Shown: positions 1 through 20,827 of the stretch, one piece after another
Layout of the letters: the number at the start of each line of letters is the position of its first letter
How positions within the stretch are numbered: the first letter of the stretch is position 1
Source: the human T2T-CHM13v2.0 reference genome, Homo sapiens
Strand: one strand, 5' to 3'
Length of the DNA stretch: 64,000 bases
Assembly: GCF_009914755.1 (NCBI RefSeq)
Contig: NC_060947.1
Made by a program: the position numbers and the translations under genes
The notes under the pieces: model-generated
What the model was told of the DNA's origin: nothing
The model's input: only the letters and a program-made list of their open reading frames with translations
Database searches by the model: none

Positions 1-133
1 ATTTTTTGTATTTTTAGTAGAGACAGGGTTTCACCTTCTTGGCCAGGCCGGTCTTTAACTCCTGACCTCGTGATCCACCCACCTCAGCCTCCCAAAATGC
101 TCGGATTACAGGCGTGAGCCACCGCGCCTGGCC
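1..133 (-). mobile_element. Alu (left arm, cut by window edge), inserted in an old L1
   Basis: Reverse-complement Alu left arm ending ...gagccaccgcgcctggcc. Confidence 0.95.
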
Positions 134-657
134 GAATTACAGTTCTTATGGCCAAGATTGCCTTTCAAGTTTACCTAGAAACCAGGGGCACTTTGACCCT
201 AAGTGGTGAGATTTGCAGGCACTCAAGTTCAGACCCCTGGGATTGGTCATTTCCCTCTGGCTAGGGATGGTTTAAATGTTCCCTGTGTGGGTGGGCATCA
301 GCTAAGTTTGGTCTGGAATTCCTTTCTGCTTTAACAGAACAGCACTGAGTTCAATGCCTTATAACTACTGTCCTCTCCCTCGCCCAGTGCCCAGAGATGC
401 TCTCTGCAAGCAGGCTGCAGCTGCCAGGGGTGGGGAAGGGGTGGTGTCATAGATTCAGAACTGCTTTTTCTATCTCTTCGGTGCCTCTTTCAGCAATATG
501 AAGTTAAAAACAGGTATTGTGAGTGTTCACCTCATTTTCGGTTCTATGAAGGTAATTTTTTCTGCGTAATGTTAGTTGTTAACTGGTGTCCTTGTTGGGG
601 TTGGGGGGTAAGGACAATTGGTGGAGCTTTCTATTCCACTATCTTGCTTCACCTCTG
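134..657 (-). mobile_element. Old L1 (L1M/L1MA-type) 5' region
   Basis: Resembles L1M 5' UTR; ends in ccactatcttgc, the reverse of a degenerate GCAAGATGGCGG L1 start. Confidence 0.6.
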
Positions 658-1769
658 TATCTTAATTTATATTTTAAAAATAATGCATTTAAAGACTGAG
701 TAAGGGTAAGCTCTTTTGTGTTTAAAAGACATTTTATATGCTTTGCCTAATTTTTAATAAATTGTTAGCCATTTTCTTATTAATTGGTTTAAGAGCTCTT
801 TACATATTAAACAGATAAGCTTTAATAGCTCTACAAATATTCATTCCCAGGTATTTTTCTTTTAATTACATTTTTAGATACATGGAATTTTTTTTCAACA
901 GAGTCAAATTTATCAGTCTTTCTTTTTTGGCTTCTGGGTTTTGTGTTTTGCAGCCCTTCCTCCAAGACTGTAAAAAAACTCACCCCTCATTTTCTCTTCT
1001 AGTATGTATATGGTTTTATTTTTATGAACTTCTATATTCGATCCACATCAAACATATGTTGTTATATGGATTTACACATTTTGAAATCAAACCCTTTGTG
1101 AGTACATTTCAATGAAAAGTGACTTTAATATGTTTTAATAAAAAATGATTGTTGTAGGCCATGTGTTGGGAAGTTTGGAAAAATTAACAGTTAAAGGAGG
1201 ATGAGGACTGAAAAACTAGAGGAAAAAGCAAAGTAAACTGCAAAGAAATGTTGCAAGAGTAGAATTGCAATGCACTAGACACATGCTAAGGAACCACTAC
1301 TCCTTGTCAGTCAACCACAAAATAGAAAATTAATTAGGATTGCATATGGTGGAGTAAATTGCATGTTTTAATACTGCTGTGCTTGTCTGAGATTTGATAC
1401 ATTTCTTAATAATTTCTAAACTCCTCAGTATACAAAAATATTAGACCAGAAACCTTTTTGGGGTTTCTTTCTTTGCAATATTTGGCCCATGTTTTTAGAA
1501 AGGGATAATCCTAATACATCAACTTTAAGTTTACTTTTTCTGCAGACTCAGCCTAAAGACTTCCATATCCTTTTCTAGAAGTTTTCCTCTCATAAAGTGT
1601 TCTCAACTAAGAGTATAGACAAAATACCCTAAGTGACTCAATCGACTCATTTTAAGGATTAGATATACACTATTATATATCCGAATATCTAAAGTAATAA
1701 CTAAACTAAAATAGATCTATAAATACACACAGAAAAGAATTAGCATAGCATACCTTATACTACTATCCT

Positions 1770-2235
1770 CAGGTAGGCCTACTTGACGTTTGACACTTGG
1801 CTGGCATCTAGGAACTTGGATTTATGGAAGATTCCCAGAATTGGTAAGAGTGGCTCACTGTACCTAAACTGTTTGTACAAACAATGGTGATTTATGCCAA
1901 ACACCTGATTTCCTTCTGGGGATCTGGAATTTTGGTATGTGCCAGGCAGAATGTGCCCATGACTGACTACTGATTAAAAACTGGGAACTCTTAAGCCCAG
2001 GGGAACTTCCCTGGTAGACATTTCACATGTATCATGATAAGTAGCTGGAGGAAATAAGCTTGTTCCATGTGACTTCACTGGGAAAGGAATCTTGCCAGCT
2101 TGGACCTGGATCCTCCAGACTTCACCCTATACACACTTTCCCTTTGTTGATCCTGCTTTATATCCTTTTACTCTAATAAATCATAGACATAAGTACAACT
2201 ATACACTGAGTTCTGTGAATCCTCCTAGCAAATAC
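1770..2235 (+). mobile_element. MER21-like solo LTR fragment
   Basis: Motifs cttccctggtagaca, gtgacttcactggga and aataaatcatag...gagttctgtgaatcctcctagcaaat recalled from MER21. Confidence 0.7.
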
Positions 2236-2660
2236 ACAAATCACAGTAAACATTAATGCAATGTTTAGATATAAACTTTAGAACCTGTAAAAATTTAAAC
2301 ATTAGTAAAAAATGTTTGATATTATTCTTAGATATAGGCTTTATACTTCATAGTAAGTGGTTTTAGCTATAAATCAAAGGATAGTCTTTAGATGTATGTA
2401 ACATAGCATAGTTGCAACTTAGCCTTGTGGGCCATAATTGCACATACAAATAGTATATGCAATTAAACATAGTAATAAAAAAATCCATTATTAACTATGT
2501 AGGATAATAAGGAATTTATTTAAATGGATTCTTGGCTTAGAATGCTAAAGATATTAATCTTTCTTCACATGAAATAAACTATGTATAATTAATCATTGTT
2601 CCATGATTAATTATGCTCATTTCATGAGTTAAAAAAGTAAATATATTAAAAGTGACTTAC

Positions 2661-2757
2661 CTTTTAATCTTGGCCTTTTCAGCCTTTTCTTCTTTATCAC
2701 ATTTCTTGGCATTCCTATTAAGTTCTTTTGCAGCAAACTTCAAGTAAAATAATGGCT
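2661..2757 (-). pseudogene. CHMP1B2P: CHMP1B-type ESCRT-III pseudogene, exon 2 (97 nt)
   Basis: Minus strand ttttcag|AG CCA TTA TTT TAC TTG AAG TTT GCT GCA...GCC AAG ATT AAA AG|gtaagt. Translation PLFYLKFAAKELNRNAKKCDKEEKAEKAKIK aligns to CHMP1B HLFNLKFAAKELSRSAKKCDKEEKAEKAKIKK. Confidence 0.92.
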
Positions 2758-2964
2758 CTGAAAAGAGCCATTAAGGATAAGGCTATTCAAAAAGTTATTT
2801 CCCCAACATAACTACCTGCAAACAAGATATTAAAATTATAAAACATATGAGATAAGATTAATATTAACCAACTAGTCACAATGCTTTTGAGGAACTGGAA
2901 CAATTTCTTTATTCTACACTTGTTTTCTGTTAAAAAATATCAAATTAATAGAAATCATTGATTA

Positions 2965-3531
2965 TAAGGGGAGAAATTACTGTGGAGAAACCGGACAGAT
3001 ACCACTTAACCAAGGTTAACATCACCAGTGATAAAACATTTCAGTATAATTTATCTTCTGAAATGATAAACTGAGAGGGGTATAGCATCGTTTCTATGGC
3101 ATGGTTGCCGAAAACATAACCTTAATCTACTCAAGAGAAAACATGGGACAATCCTGAACTGAGAGACATTTGATATAACAGACTAGCGTACTTTTCAAGT
3201 GTCAAATTCATGAAAAGCAAGGAAAGACTGAATAAGCAGTCACAGACTGGAGGAGACTAAGGAGATATGGCGACTAAATGCAACGTAGGATCCTGGAACA
3301 GAAAGAGGATGTTAATGGAAATACTGGTAAATCCAAATAAGATCTGTGGTTTATTTATTTATCTTGTAGTGATGTTGATTTCCTTATGTTGATAATTATA
3401 CTATGGTTCTGTAAGACATTAACATTAGCAAAAGCTTGGTAGAAGGTATACAAGGACTTGCTGTACTATTTTTACAACTTTTCTTTAAATCTAAAATTAT
3501 TTTAAAACTTTTTAATTAAAAAAGAAAAAAA
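2965..3531 (+). mobile_element. L1MC4-like 3' end
   Basis: ggagactaaggagatatggcgactaaatgcaac...gtactatttttacaactt followed by an A-rich tail. Confidence 0.7.
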
Positions 3532-3714
3532 TCATTAAAAAACTAGGAATAAAAGCACTCCCATAAATAAAACCACATTGAATATCATAAATCTTTCATT
3601 TTCATGTCACAAACAAAAATAAATATGAAGTATATGCACATATATATGACAAAGTGCTGCGAATTATTTAGAAACCAACCAGATTATGTAATGACTAGAT
3701 CACTAAGGTATAGT

Positions 3715-4143
3715 TTTAAAGGGCTGGCTTTTGGATTGATTGTATCATTATTAGAAAACAAGAATGGCTTGCTTAATCTACCAAAACTAAATAATAAATT
3801 AAGCTATCTTCTTTATCTCTCAGTTGCTTCATGGCTCTAATTCAATGCCTAAAGACTCTATGTATTTTATGACCTCTGAAAAAAGGTAAATGACCTCTGA
3901 AAAAAGGTAAAATATACTTTTTAAAACCTTGTTTCTGTGTTTCTTTAGGACATTTACAAAAACGATGGAAGGTTCCTTTTTATCTATTTATTTTGAAAAG
4001 TGCACACACATGATATGATTTAAAGGGCTGACTTTTGGATTGATAATATCGCTATTAGAAAACAAGAATGGTTTCTTTAATTTACCAAAACTAAAGCTAT
4101 CTTGTTCATTTCTCACTGGTTTCATGGCTTTAATTCTATGCCT
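3715..4143. repeat. Diverged ~130 bp direct duplication (3715-3850 and 4018-4143) plus a perfect 21 bp tandem pair (3869-3910)
   Basis: taaagggctg.cttttggattgat...tattagaaaacaagaatgg...tcatggct.taattc.atgcct occurs twice; atgacctctgaaaaaaggtaa x2. Confidence 0.9.
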
Positions 4144-4387
4144 TATTTATGGATAATGACAGGAATAAATGTGCTGCCCTGAGTAGTTTCCAGGCTATAA
4201 ATTCTAGATATACCTAGAATTGTAAATAAGTGCATATGTATACATTTATGTGTAATTTTAATATAAAATATACCTGAAATTTGTAAGATTTAACAATTTC
4301 AGCTTGGTGACTAAGTTATATGCCCTTATATATACACACACAAATATGTATATGTACACACACACAAACACACACACACGGTTTGCC

Positions 4388-4592
4388 AAGGTTTCTCAAT
4401 TTGGGGCCAGATAATTCTTTGTGAGGCTGTCCTATAAATTCTAGGAAATTTAGCAGCATCCCTGGCCTTTATCCAGTAGATGTCAGAAGCACCCACTCCT
4501 CTCAGTTGTAACAACCAATAACATCTCCAGACATTGCCAAAAGTCACTTGGGGTGGGGGAGGGAAAATGCACCTCTGATGAAAATCAAAATC
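4388..4592 (+). mobile_element. MER20 hAT DNA transposon
   Basis: ccagataattctttgt...ttagcagcatccctggcc...tctccagacattgccaaa. Confidence 0.85.
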
Positions 4593-5278
4593 ACTAATAT
4601 AGATGAAAAATATATTATTTTTCCTTTCTTTGTCTTCATTTTCTAAATTATTTCCCCAATATAATTGCTGTCTCTGTAGAAAAAGTCACTAAAGTTAAAA
4701 GCTGAATTATGATACTGACAGAGCAGGAGCACCGTCATCTCGGACAAACACTGCCACTTTAAGTTCCAGCTCCCTTTCTAGACTCATGCATTTCAAGGAA
4801 ATCACTTCTAACTACAAGCAGCCAGAAAGAGTAGACAGTAAAACACAGATAAGAGAGCTCGGGAACAGTGGGAGGTGGAGGGAAAATCTCTTGGTAACTG
4901 CGAAACTACACCCTCATACAATGGGCCCCAGTAAAACAGTGGGCCTTAGTAAGCACATTTCTTTCCCCTCAGGTACACTAAGATAGGGAAGCTAAAAGCA
5001 GACTCAGTGGGGTATGCCTGCAGTTGCAGAAAGAAGTGTAGGAACAGACACAAAACTCTCTCTCCCAGATAAGCACAACAAAGAGACAAGAAGGAGTCCA
5101 AGCCTCTGACAAACTCTCCCACCCTAAATCCTTAAAAAACTCTTAATCTGTAAGAGTTTAAGTTTAACCTAAATCAGCCAGAAGCCCCTCTCAGGTTTGT
5201 TTTCTCTAAAATAAACCTGTCCTTGACTGTCAAGCCACCTTTCATGTTTCTTTCCTCTTTCTTTAAAATTCTTACATT

Positions 5279-5296
5279 TGGTGCTGAAACCCGGGA
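5279..5296 (+). promoter_or_regulatory. Primer binding site, tRNA-Phe
   Basis: TGGTGCTGAAACCCGGGA directly after the 5' LTR; 17/18 match to the complement of the tRNA-Phe 3' end (TGGTGCCGAAACCCGGGA). Confidence 0.85.
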
Positions 5297-8200
5297 TGGG
5301 TGTTGGGGGCAGAGGCTCTCTTGCAACCCAGGAAGCAGTGGGTAATGGCAGCTCATCCTGAATTAACTCCTGGATCCTGAGGGTCTCTGGCCGCCCACCC
5401 CACCTCTACTCTTACTTCACTTTTCAAGCGATTTGTGTGAGGAGGACAACTAATCTGAAGGGAACTGCAAGGCTCAGGCCAGGGCTACTCCCCAGTGGGC
5501 TCTCAAAACCCTCAGGTCTCAGGAATCCACCTCTGACCTCACACAATGGGTATTTCACTCCCTAACCCTTGCTCCCTCTTTTTCCCTCTTCTTTCTCTTT
5601 CTCTCTCTTCCTCGTGTGGCTCCAGTCTGGGAGGCCCTTTGCCGATTCCAACCAGAACATCCAACAGCAGACACTAATTCAGCTGACTGGTAAGATCTGC
5701 CTTCTCCTAGCTTCCTCTTGGTACTGGAGAAAGTCCGGCCTGCCATCCAGGTCCTTGGAGGACTAACGGGACTAAGCTAGAGGAAATCTTGGGGATGCCC
5801 ACTTCCTTCTCAACTTAACCATCCTCTTTCGGAAACAGAATTCCGAGTCTCTGTCTTTTGTCTGGGGATACCTAGAACAAAACAGACACCCTTGGTTTCC
5901 TCTTACCAGTCCACATAGGTGCCAAACAATCCACATTCCTACGCCCTCCCCACGGGGCTGTTGTCTTTGCAACCTCACCAAACTTGGCTTACAGGGGACC
6001 CTAAATCCAAAACATTTAATTTTATACTGCAACATGACTTGGCCCCAATAGAGACTAGATAATAACAGCTGATGGCTCAAAAACGGCACCTTTAACTTTC
6101 AAATTCTCAGGCACCTTAACAACTTTATCATCAGAAACAGCAAATGACAAAAGGTTCCCCATATTTAGGCTTTCTTCTACCTTAAACCCCGCCCCTCCTC
6201 TTCTCCACCCCTTCAAAAACTACTCCAACCAGTCAAACCTCCTCTGCCATTCTCCCCCTACGGTAAGTGTCTATGGTTAAAGGTATTGCTCGGGTTCACG
6301 TCCCCTTCTCCATGTCTGATTTGTGGCAGATTGAACAGCTTCTGGGATCTTTCTCTAAAAATCCCTCTCATTATTGCAGGGAATTCCTGCATGTAACCCA
6401 ATCCTTTAATATAAGTTGGCATAACATTCTTATAATTCCAACATCTACCCTCACCCTTAATAAAAAAGAGTGCTCAGCTTAATTAAAATGGATATCCAAG
6501 CTATAAGTGTATTTAAAAGGCCTTTATGTTTTTCTCTTCGTAAATCTTGTTTTCCTGAAAAAGGTTTTTTTTTTTCCAGTTGAAATTACTTTTCTCCACT
6601 CTGTCTTTCCAGTCTTGGTGCATGCATAAAAGACCCTAGAATAACTTCTGGTGGTCTGGGACTCCTTGGGAAGACAGAAAAGGCATCACAAATTCCATTT
6701 TGGGAAAAATCTGTTTTCCTTATGGAACCCCTGGAATTAGAGGTGAATAAGTACCTCTCAAAATCTGTCTTTGTCTTCCAGCTATGCTTGTCTATTAGGC
6801 CCTGAAAATTGTTTTCCTAGCCCTGTTCTTAAAGGGCCACACCCGGAGGCCAATAATCCAATTAGGAAATTAGCAAATGTAAGCCTTCTAACTACTTGAT
6901 CTTCTTCTGGTTGTCTGTGTGGCTATATATGTGTTATGTGTGCAATGTCTATTAAAAAGAGCCCTAATTAATTGATTGGGCTAAGAAAAATAAGTGGCTA
7001 AATCAAATATTTTTAACAAAAAGTAAAAGCTGTGGTACCTTTCAGTTCATGTAATTTTAATACTTAAAAATAAAAACAGTCTTAGGAATTATTGGTAAAA
7101 TACCAATGTTCTTAAGGTGTAAAAATGTGGTCTACATTATGCAGGTCAAATACTAGGTTTGCTAAATGTTTTAAGGTTGTAAACTGCTTCTTTAGCCTTT
7201 AAAAACTGTCAACTTGCCTGCTTCACAATTGGTAAGGCCAGAAACCTATGGAAGATGGAAGTAACTATGCCCCTAACTATGCTGGAAGAAGTCAAACTTC
7301 ATCTGCATCTAGCACATAATTTAAAAAAAAAAAAACAGGTTTTACATTAAAGTTGAAAATTGCTAAAAGTTACCATTATAAGATGTAATTAAAACTACTG
7401 AACATGGATTTGCATGCAAGGTATATAAAAACAGTAAAAAGTGTTTTTAGTTAAAAATTATAGGAAGGCATAAAAATGTACATTTTGCTTAAGAATAAAA
7501 ACTTGTCTTAAAATTAAATAAAATGGATGGTTTAGCAGATTGTAAAAACATTGTAAAAATTAATCCTGCAAAGAAATCTCTGTGTGTAAACATATTAACT
7601 AAACTCAAAGGGGTATTATATGGTTTTTTCTGTAAATTAAACACTAAAAGCACCACAAGGTTTTCTTAAAATGCTAATCTACTCTTTAGCAAAACTTGTC
7701 AAGGGTTATAACGGGTATGTAAAAATCTCACTTCATGGACAAACTAGGTAAAATTAAATAAAATTGTCTAGAAGGTTTCATTAAAATTAGGGTTAACATT
7801 AATAGCAAACTAATGCAAGGGTAAAATTTAACTTTCTCTCTTAAACAGAATTTTCATGTAATACAAAAGGCTAATAAATGGTTTTTGCTTTTCCAAATTT
7901 TTAACTCATCATTTTGGCAAAGCAAAACCAAACAAACAAACAGAAAACTTATGGTAATCTAAAATTATATTTTAATATCAAGCATTTTAAATTTTAAACA
8001 TATTTAACAGGCTTCTCAAAATCAAATTTTAGTCTCAAAATTGTCTTTCCTAACCCCTGCAGCATCTGGAAAAAAAGGTAAACAGGATTATTTAACATGT
8101 TTAGGTACATAAAATTGCCAAAATAATGTCTAATAGGTTATATTTTAGGGAATAATATTAACATATGTTCCAAAACTGTATGGAATGTCTAAGTTTCTAG

Positions 8201-8758
8201 TGTCTAAATATGTGCTATTAATCACAATCAAGGTTGTTATGTTGGGTTATTGTAAACCACAAAAATGACCAAATTTCTTTGTCAGTTGTGTTTCTAACTG
8301 TATCCAACCTGGACATTTTGTTATCTACAGACAATTCTTATTTTGTTTTAATTGTCTTCTAAGATGGTTTTTAACGAAGTGGTGGAAGAAGTGCTCTCAA
8401 ATGTGGGCTTCTCACAACAAAAAAAATACAGAACTCATGAAAAGCTAAAATGTTTACAAATCTCAAGCAAAACAAAAGTTAATAAAATGGACTAAACTAG
8501 TAAAAAACAAAAACAAGTTTTTACCTTTTGCTTAGAACACTGCTAATTTTTAGTTTATTTTTCAGAGTCAAGAAAACTTGTCTTAAGCTAGCTACAGCCT
8601 TTTACAACTAACTAAAGTATACTCCTTTAAACAGAATTTAAAGTGTGTTTGTTTCTCTCTGCTAGTTCCTCTAGAATTTGAAAACTAGTTACAAGTATTC
8701 TTAAACTACAACAGTATTGTTGTTTGCATCAGTGCAATAAAAATCTATTTTCTTTTGT

Positions 8759-9060
<302 letters not shown>

Positions 9061-11714
9061 AATCTATTTTCTTTTGTAACAGAACAAAGTTGGAAAAACT
9101 GGTTATTTTACCAAGGCTTTGACTGGAATGATGTGCTCTCCTTTAAGGAATTAAACTTGACTGAAGGAGCCAATAAAACCCTTGGAAAACTGGCCTCATG
9201 CTTTGTGTACACAGTCCCTGTACAAAGTTTCTGACCTGTGGTAAGTAAAGACTATCAATTTCTGACAGGCCAGGAACCCCAAGTTATCTTAAAACCTCAA
9301 GAAGAGAGGAATTCAACCAACTCATAGGTATTTAATGGTAAAAATCCATCGCTGGGCTTGACTTTTAAAAGTCTTATCTCAAATACCTTCTATGTAACAA
9401 AGTTCCATCAAAGACTATTTAAAAGGCCTATGTAGCAAGTAATTATTCTTGCTGCACTGTATACAAATAATTAAGCCAAGTATAATAAAGATTTGTATTT
9501 TAATAAAAATGTGAAACTGAAGACAAAATTGTGTTTCAAAAACTATAGCACACCTGTTGTTAAATTCTAGTATTGCCTAATGTTTTTGTTTTTATTATTT
9601 TCTACAGTTTAAATTATATCCGTTACAGAACAACTCCTGGATACATCACACTCAAGTCAAAGCCTAAAGAGCTGAGAAAGCAACCCCTAACAGCCCAGAA
9701 AAATACCCTAAATATCAATGTAAAAAAAATAAGAAATCTTATACTGAAAATCATAAAAGATAACTAAGTAAAAATTACTCATCTTACTCAATCTCAACCC
9801 TGCCTCACCAAATACTTTTGTCGCTTCTACCTCTCCTTTTAATCCAAATATTAAAACCTTTTTAATGGAAATTTAGTAAGCCACCCTTGTGGGAACTGCT
9901 TTACTCACTCTACTATTTGTAGTAGAACTACATACTGTAGCACTATCAGAGTAGAATACCGGACACAGAATCTCAATTACCATAGCATTTTGGTTAATTC
10001 TTATCCTCATAGAAGGAGTAACAGTTACTAACAAAAAATAACACATGGGTCTTTCCAAACACATGCCTCTGCCTCTCATTGGGGAAGAAATGTTGCTTCT
10101 AACTCAACCAATCGTGCCTAATAAGAAACACTGCTGAAAAGCCTACAACTAATGTTTTAACCCTGCCTAATTAACCTTTTTCGTTTTTTTTTTTTAACTG
10201 ACAGAATCATGGCCATTTCGCAGACAACTGCCTCAAAACATCTACACACAGTGTTGCTCCTGCAGGCAATCTGAGACCAAGAAACTCTCCACACCCCCAT
10301 CAGCAGGAAGTAACCAGAAAGAACACATCGCCCCTCATCCTTTTATAACTATAGGGCCTAGAATGACAGAGCAGGAGCACCATCATCTCAGACAAACACT
10401 GCCACTTTCAGTTCCAGCTCCCATTCTAGCCTCATGCATTTCAAGGAAATCACTTCTCTTCTAACTACAAGCAGCCAGAAAGAGCAGACAGTAAAACACA
10501 GATAAGACAGCTAAGGCACAGAGGGAGGTGGGGGGAAAGTCTCTTTGTTAACTGCCAATCTTCACCCCCTTTCGAAAGAAACTTTCATGTTTCCTCTTTC
10601 TTTAATTCTTACAATACCAATTATTTTTGATGAGTTAATATAGTTAACATATTCTTTTATGTTTTTTAAAGAATGGTTTCAGCTATGATTAAACCTGAAA
10701 TTTACTGTAAACTTCAAATACTGAGGACTGACTACTGAATACGTCTTATAACTTAGTCTTATTTAATAATTAGGATTACAGTATAAAATACTGGCCAAAA
10801 AATAGATCTTTCACAACCGTGCATTCTGTTCCATAATGCTTTTTCCCCCAAAAGACTTGAGCTACTTCTAGAAATATGGAAGCCTAAAGAGTTAGAAAAA
10901 CACTCTGAAATACTGAATAAACTATAATAGAAGTCCAAAAGAAGGAAAATCCGCTGGGAAAGAACAAAACAGGAAGAAGGAACTATTAGTAAGCAAGCAC
11001 TGAAGCTCCTGAAACTCCCACAGTGTTGGAACTGAACTTTTTGAATAATGACAGAACCCTTGAAGGTTACAACATTAGCACAAGGGTAGGTAGAAAAATA
11101 TCTTATCAGCCAGCAAGGGATTATAAGATGATATGATTAACTTTCTACGGGCCTTAGGTGGAAGCTGAGGGTGAAACAAAGGCTCTCCTACAAATTTATA
11201 GCCACAGCAATGTCATCATGTGGAGTTGGGTTTCAAATGTGTCCTCCTGGAAGGATCTGGGAAACCCCATCCTGAAATATTAAAATACTTCCAAGTTGGA
11301 GAAACATCTTCAACCCAGGAATTTTAGGATTCCCTTAGGTTTCAATGACTAGATGTATAAAACTAAAAATTAAATAAAGTTGAGGAGAAAAATAGCAGAC
11401 TGTAATACAGATTGCATACAAACAGATTGTAATACAAACTGTAATACAAAATATGTAAAGGTTATATTCAAGGAGATGATGCATGAGACTCTTCGCATAA
11501 CTGATGAAAGTAACCTTTAATATTTTAATTCAGGAAGCATAAAAAATGCCAAGCAGAAAATAAATCTACACTAGATATATTACAGTAAGCCTCTGACTAC
11601 CGAAGACAATAACAACTTTAAAAGAGCCATAGTGAAAGTTCAGATAATTTACAAAAGATCTAAAATTAGACTCCAAAGAATTTTCAAACAAAACACTAAT
11701 TTCCAAAGGAAGTA

Positions 11715-11858
11715 CAATTGATTCATGTTGTCCAAGGTAGTCATGGTCTAATTAAGTTGCTGAGAATACCAAATTAGCAAATACTGAACCATTACTTCTA
11801 GGGGAAATACAGGAATAGGTGGTTACATTTTCATCAACTGATCAATATATAACCTTAT
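11715..11858 (+). mobile_element. MER82 (Tigger-family MITE), left part
   Basis: TA|caattgattc...aattagcaaatactgaaccatt...ctaggggaaatacagg...catcaactgatcaatatataacctt. Confidence 0.8.
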
Positions 11859-18148
<6,290 letters not shown>

Positions 18149-18150
<2 letters not shown>

Positions 18151-18798
18151 TTTATATATATATAAAACCTTATTTTATATATATATATAAAACCTTATTT
18201 TATATATATATATAAAACCTTATTTTATATATATATATAAAACCTTATTTTATATATATATAAAACCTTATTTTATATATATATATAAAACCTTATTTTA
18301 TATATATATATAAAACCTTATTTTATATATATATATAAAACCTTATTTTATATATATATATAAAACCTTATTTTATATATATATAAAACCTTATTTTATA
18401 TATATATATAAAACCTTATTTTATATATATATATAAAACCTTATTTTATATATATATATAAAACCTTATTTTATATATATATATAAAACCTTATTTTATA
18501 TATATATATAAAACCTTATTTTATATATATATAAAACCTTATTTTATATATATATATAAAACCTTATTTTATATATATATATAAAACCTTATTTTATATA
18601 TATATATAAAACCTTATTTTATATATATATAAAACCTTATTTTATATATATAAAACCTTATTTTATATATATAAAACCTTATTATATATATATAAAACCT
18701 TATTTTATATATATATAAAACCTTATTTTATATATATATAAAACCTTATTTTATATATACAACACCTTATTTATATATATATATATAGAAAACCTTAT
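18149..18798. repeat. AT-rich minisatellite, ~27 units of TTTT(AT)nAAAACCTTA
   Basis: Counted about 27 accttat cores; unit ~22-26 bp with variable (TA)n length. Confidence 0.97.
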
Positions 18799-19293
18799 GT
18801 TATATGGGTTTCTGTTATAACACATCTAATTTAGTAAATATTGTTGATTCATTAACATTGACTTCACAGGCAACAGCACTGTGATTCATGCCTGAAAGAA
18901 GCTTCTCTAACGCATGGATTTTCTCCATAAGACACATCACAACGTTATTGCCCTTAGGAACACTAGGAAGCACTTCAGCAGTAAGCTTGAGGACCATTTT
19001 AAACAATAAAATTACCAACAAAAAACACAAAAATACAAAAATATGTGGCACTAAGTAGGAAGCAAAAAAGACACTTGTTTACAGTATGCAAACTGAAGAA
19101 AGAAGAACGAGCATTAATTGCCTTGTCCTGCTTCAGCTGGGAACACACACATTGGGCAAAATCAATTTTTACTGCTCTGTTTATGTCCTGGAATAACCAT
19201 GAAATTGCCCCAACTATTGATTTTTCAGGTTACCAATTTTAGAAGGCAGGAAAATTTGCAAATAGAGAATCTTACGATAATGAATATCAACTG
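18791..19293 (+). mobile_element. MER82, right part
   Basis: Continues the left part: attgttgattcattaacattg...gcacttcagca...ccattttaaaca; ends tcaactg|TA. Confidence 0.8.
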
Positions 19294-19295
19294 TA

Positions 19296-20720
19296 TTTCA
19301 TAAGAAACAAAATTATGTTTGACATAATGAAAAGCTTGGTGAGCATAGAGATTAGTAACCACATGGGTAAATCCAGAGAAATACTGATTATACAAGATAA
19401 TTGTAACGTTTAATTTTGGAAATAAGAAGGCAGAGCTAGCATACACCATGAAAATACAATACAGACAATGGAGTGACTGAAGTTCAATATTTTAAAATCT
19501 TTGTATTATTCAGAAAGAAAACATTTCTGATTAAACTGACATTAAATAAACTACCCATGTTAAAATGTCAAGGGTACTGCTGAAGAAGCAGTGTGTAATT
19601 TCCAAAACAATAAAGGAAAAAATGGAGTGAATCACTTAATAAATCCAAAAAGCAGCAAAAGAGAAGTGAATCACAAAGAAAACAGGCCACACAGAAATTA
19701 CACAATAAAAGGACAGAAATATCCCCAAAATGTCAGGATGGACTAAGAAAATATTAAAACAAATTACAACGATGTGCTTTAAACAGGACTTTAAGACATG
19801 AAGGCATAGAAAGGCTAGAGGTAAAAAGACAGAAAAAGTTATGCCCAGACAAATACTGTCCTAAAATAAGCAGCTACATCTTTATTAGTATCAATTAAAA
19901 CAGACTACATAAAGCAGTATTATAATTTTTTAAGAGGGGTCACTATAAAATGATAAAAAGTACACTCATGAATTGATGAAATAATTATAGATTTCCATGT
20001 ACTCCTAGCATAGCTTCAAAATGTCTTTGTGTATGCATATTTTAAACCGACAGAAATTAACAAGTCTTGGGAGATACCAATAAAACCTTTTCAGTTATCT
20101 AACAAAGCTACATAAGGAGATAGAAGTATGAAAGACCCTATTAAGAAGCAGACTTTAATAATTATACAGAGAATTATGGCTAGTTATGCCCCAATAATTT
20201 GAGAATACACATCTTCCTCAAGTATATGAAAACTCATCATGTATTGGGCCATAAAGCAAATCTGAAATAAGAGATACCAGACAAATCTACTATCTAACCA
20301 TTATTCAATAATTTACTAATTGATATGCAAATTCTCTTCATGTTACAAAAAGAATGGATAAATTGTAGTATATTTCTACAATGAAAAACTATATAGAAGT
20401 GAAAATGAATATCATGAATGAATCCCAAATATCATTTTGATTAAAAAAGAAAATAGCAATATAATTCCACACATAAAATTTGGAAACATCTAATATATAG
20501 CTATATCTTAGGAATGTACATGTGGTAAAACATAAACACATGGAAATCATAAACATCAATGTTTAGATAGTGGTACCTTTGGTGGGAGAAGGAAGGTGAG
20601 TTGGTAATATTTTATTTCTTAAGCCTAGTGGTAGGTAACTGTGTTTGTTTTATTTCTTGTGGTTTTTAGGGAGATAAAGATTAAAATTACATAATTTTTT
20701 TAAATTATTCAAATAAAAGG
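19296..20720 (+). mobile_element. Ancient L1M/L1ME fragments (with a likely ORF1-region piece at ~11400-11712)
   Basis: Degraded A-rich L1 endonuclease-region and 3' UTR-like motifs, e.g. gaatggataaattgtagtatattt. Confidence 0.55.
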
Positions 20721-20827
20721 TTAGATTAAGAGCTTATGGTCCTTGTTCCATGAGATTGTATCTTCATTTTAAAAAGGAGGGTTGTTTGAAAATTAAAAGA
20801 AAAAAAAAAGCTCATATTAAATATAAA

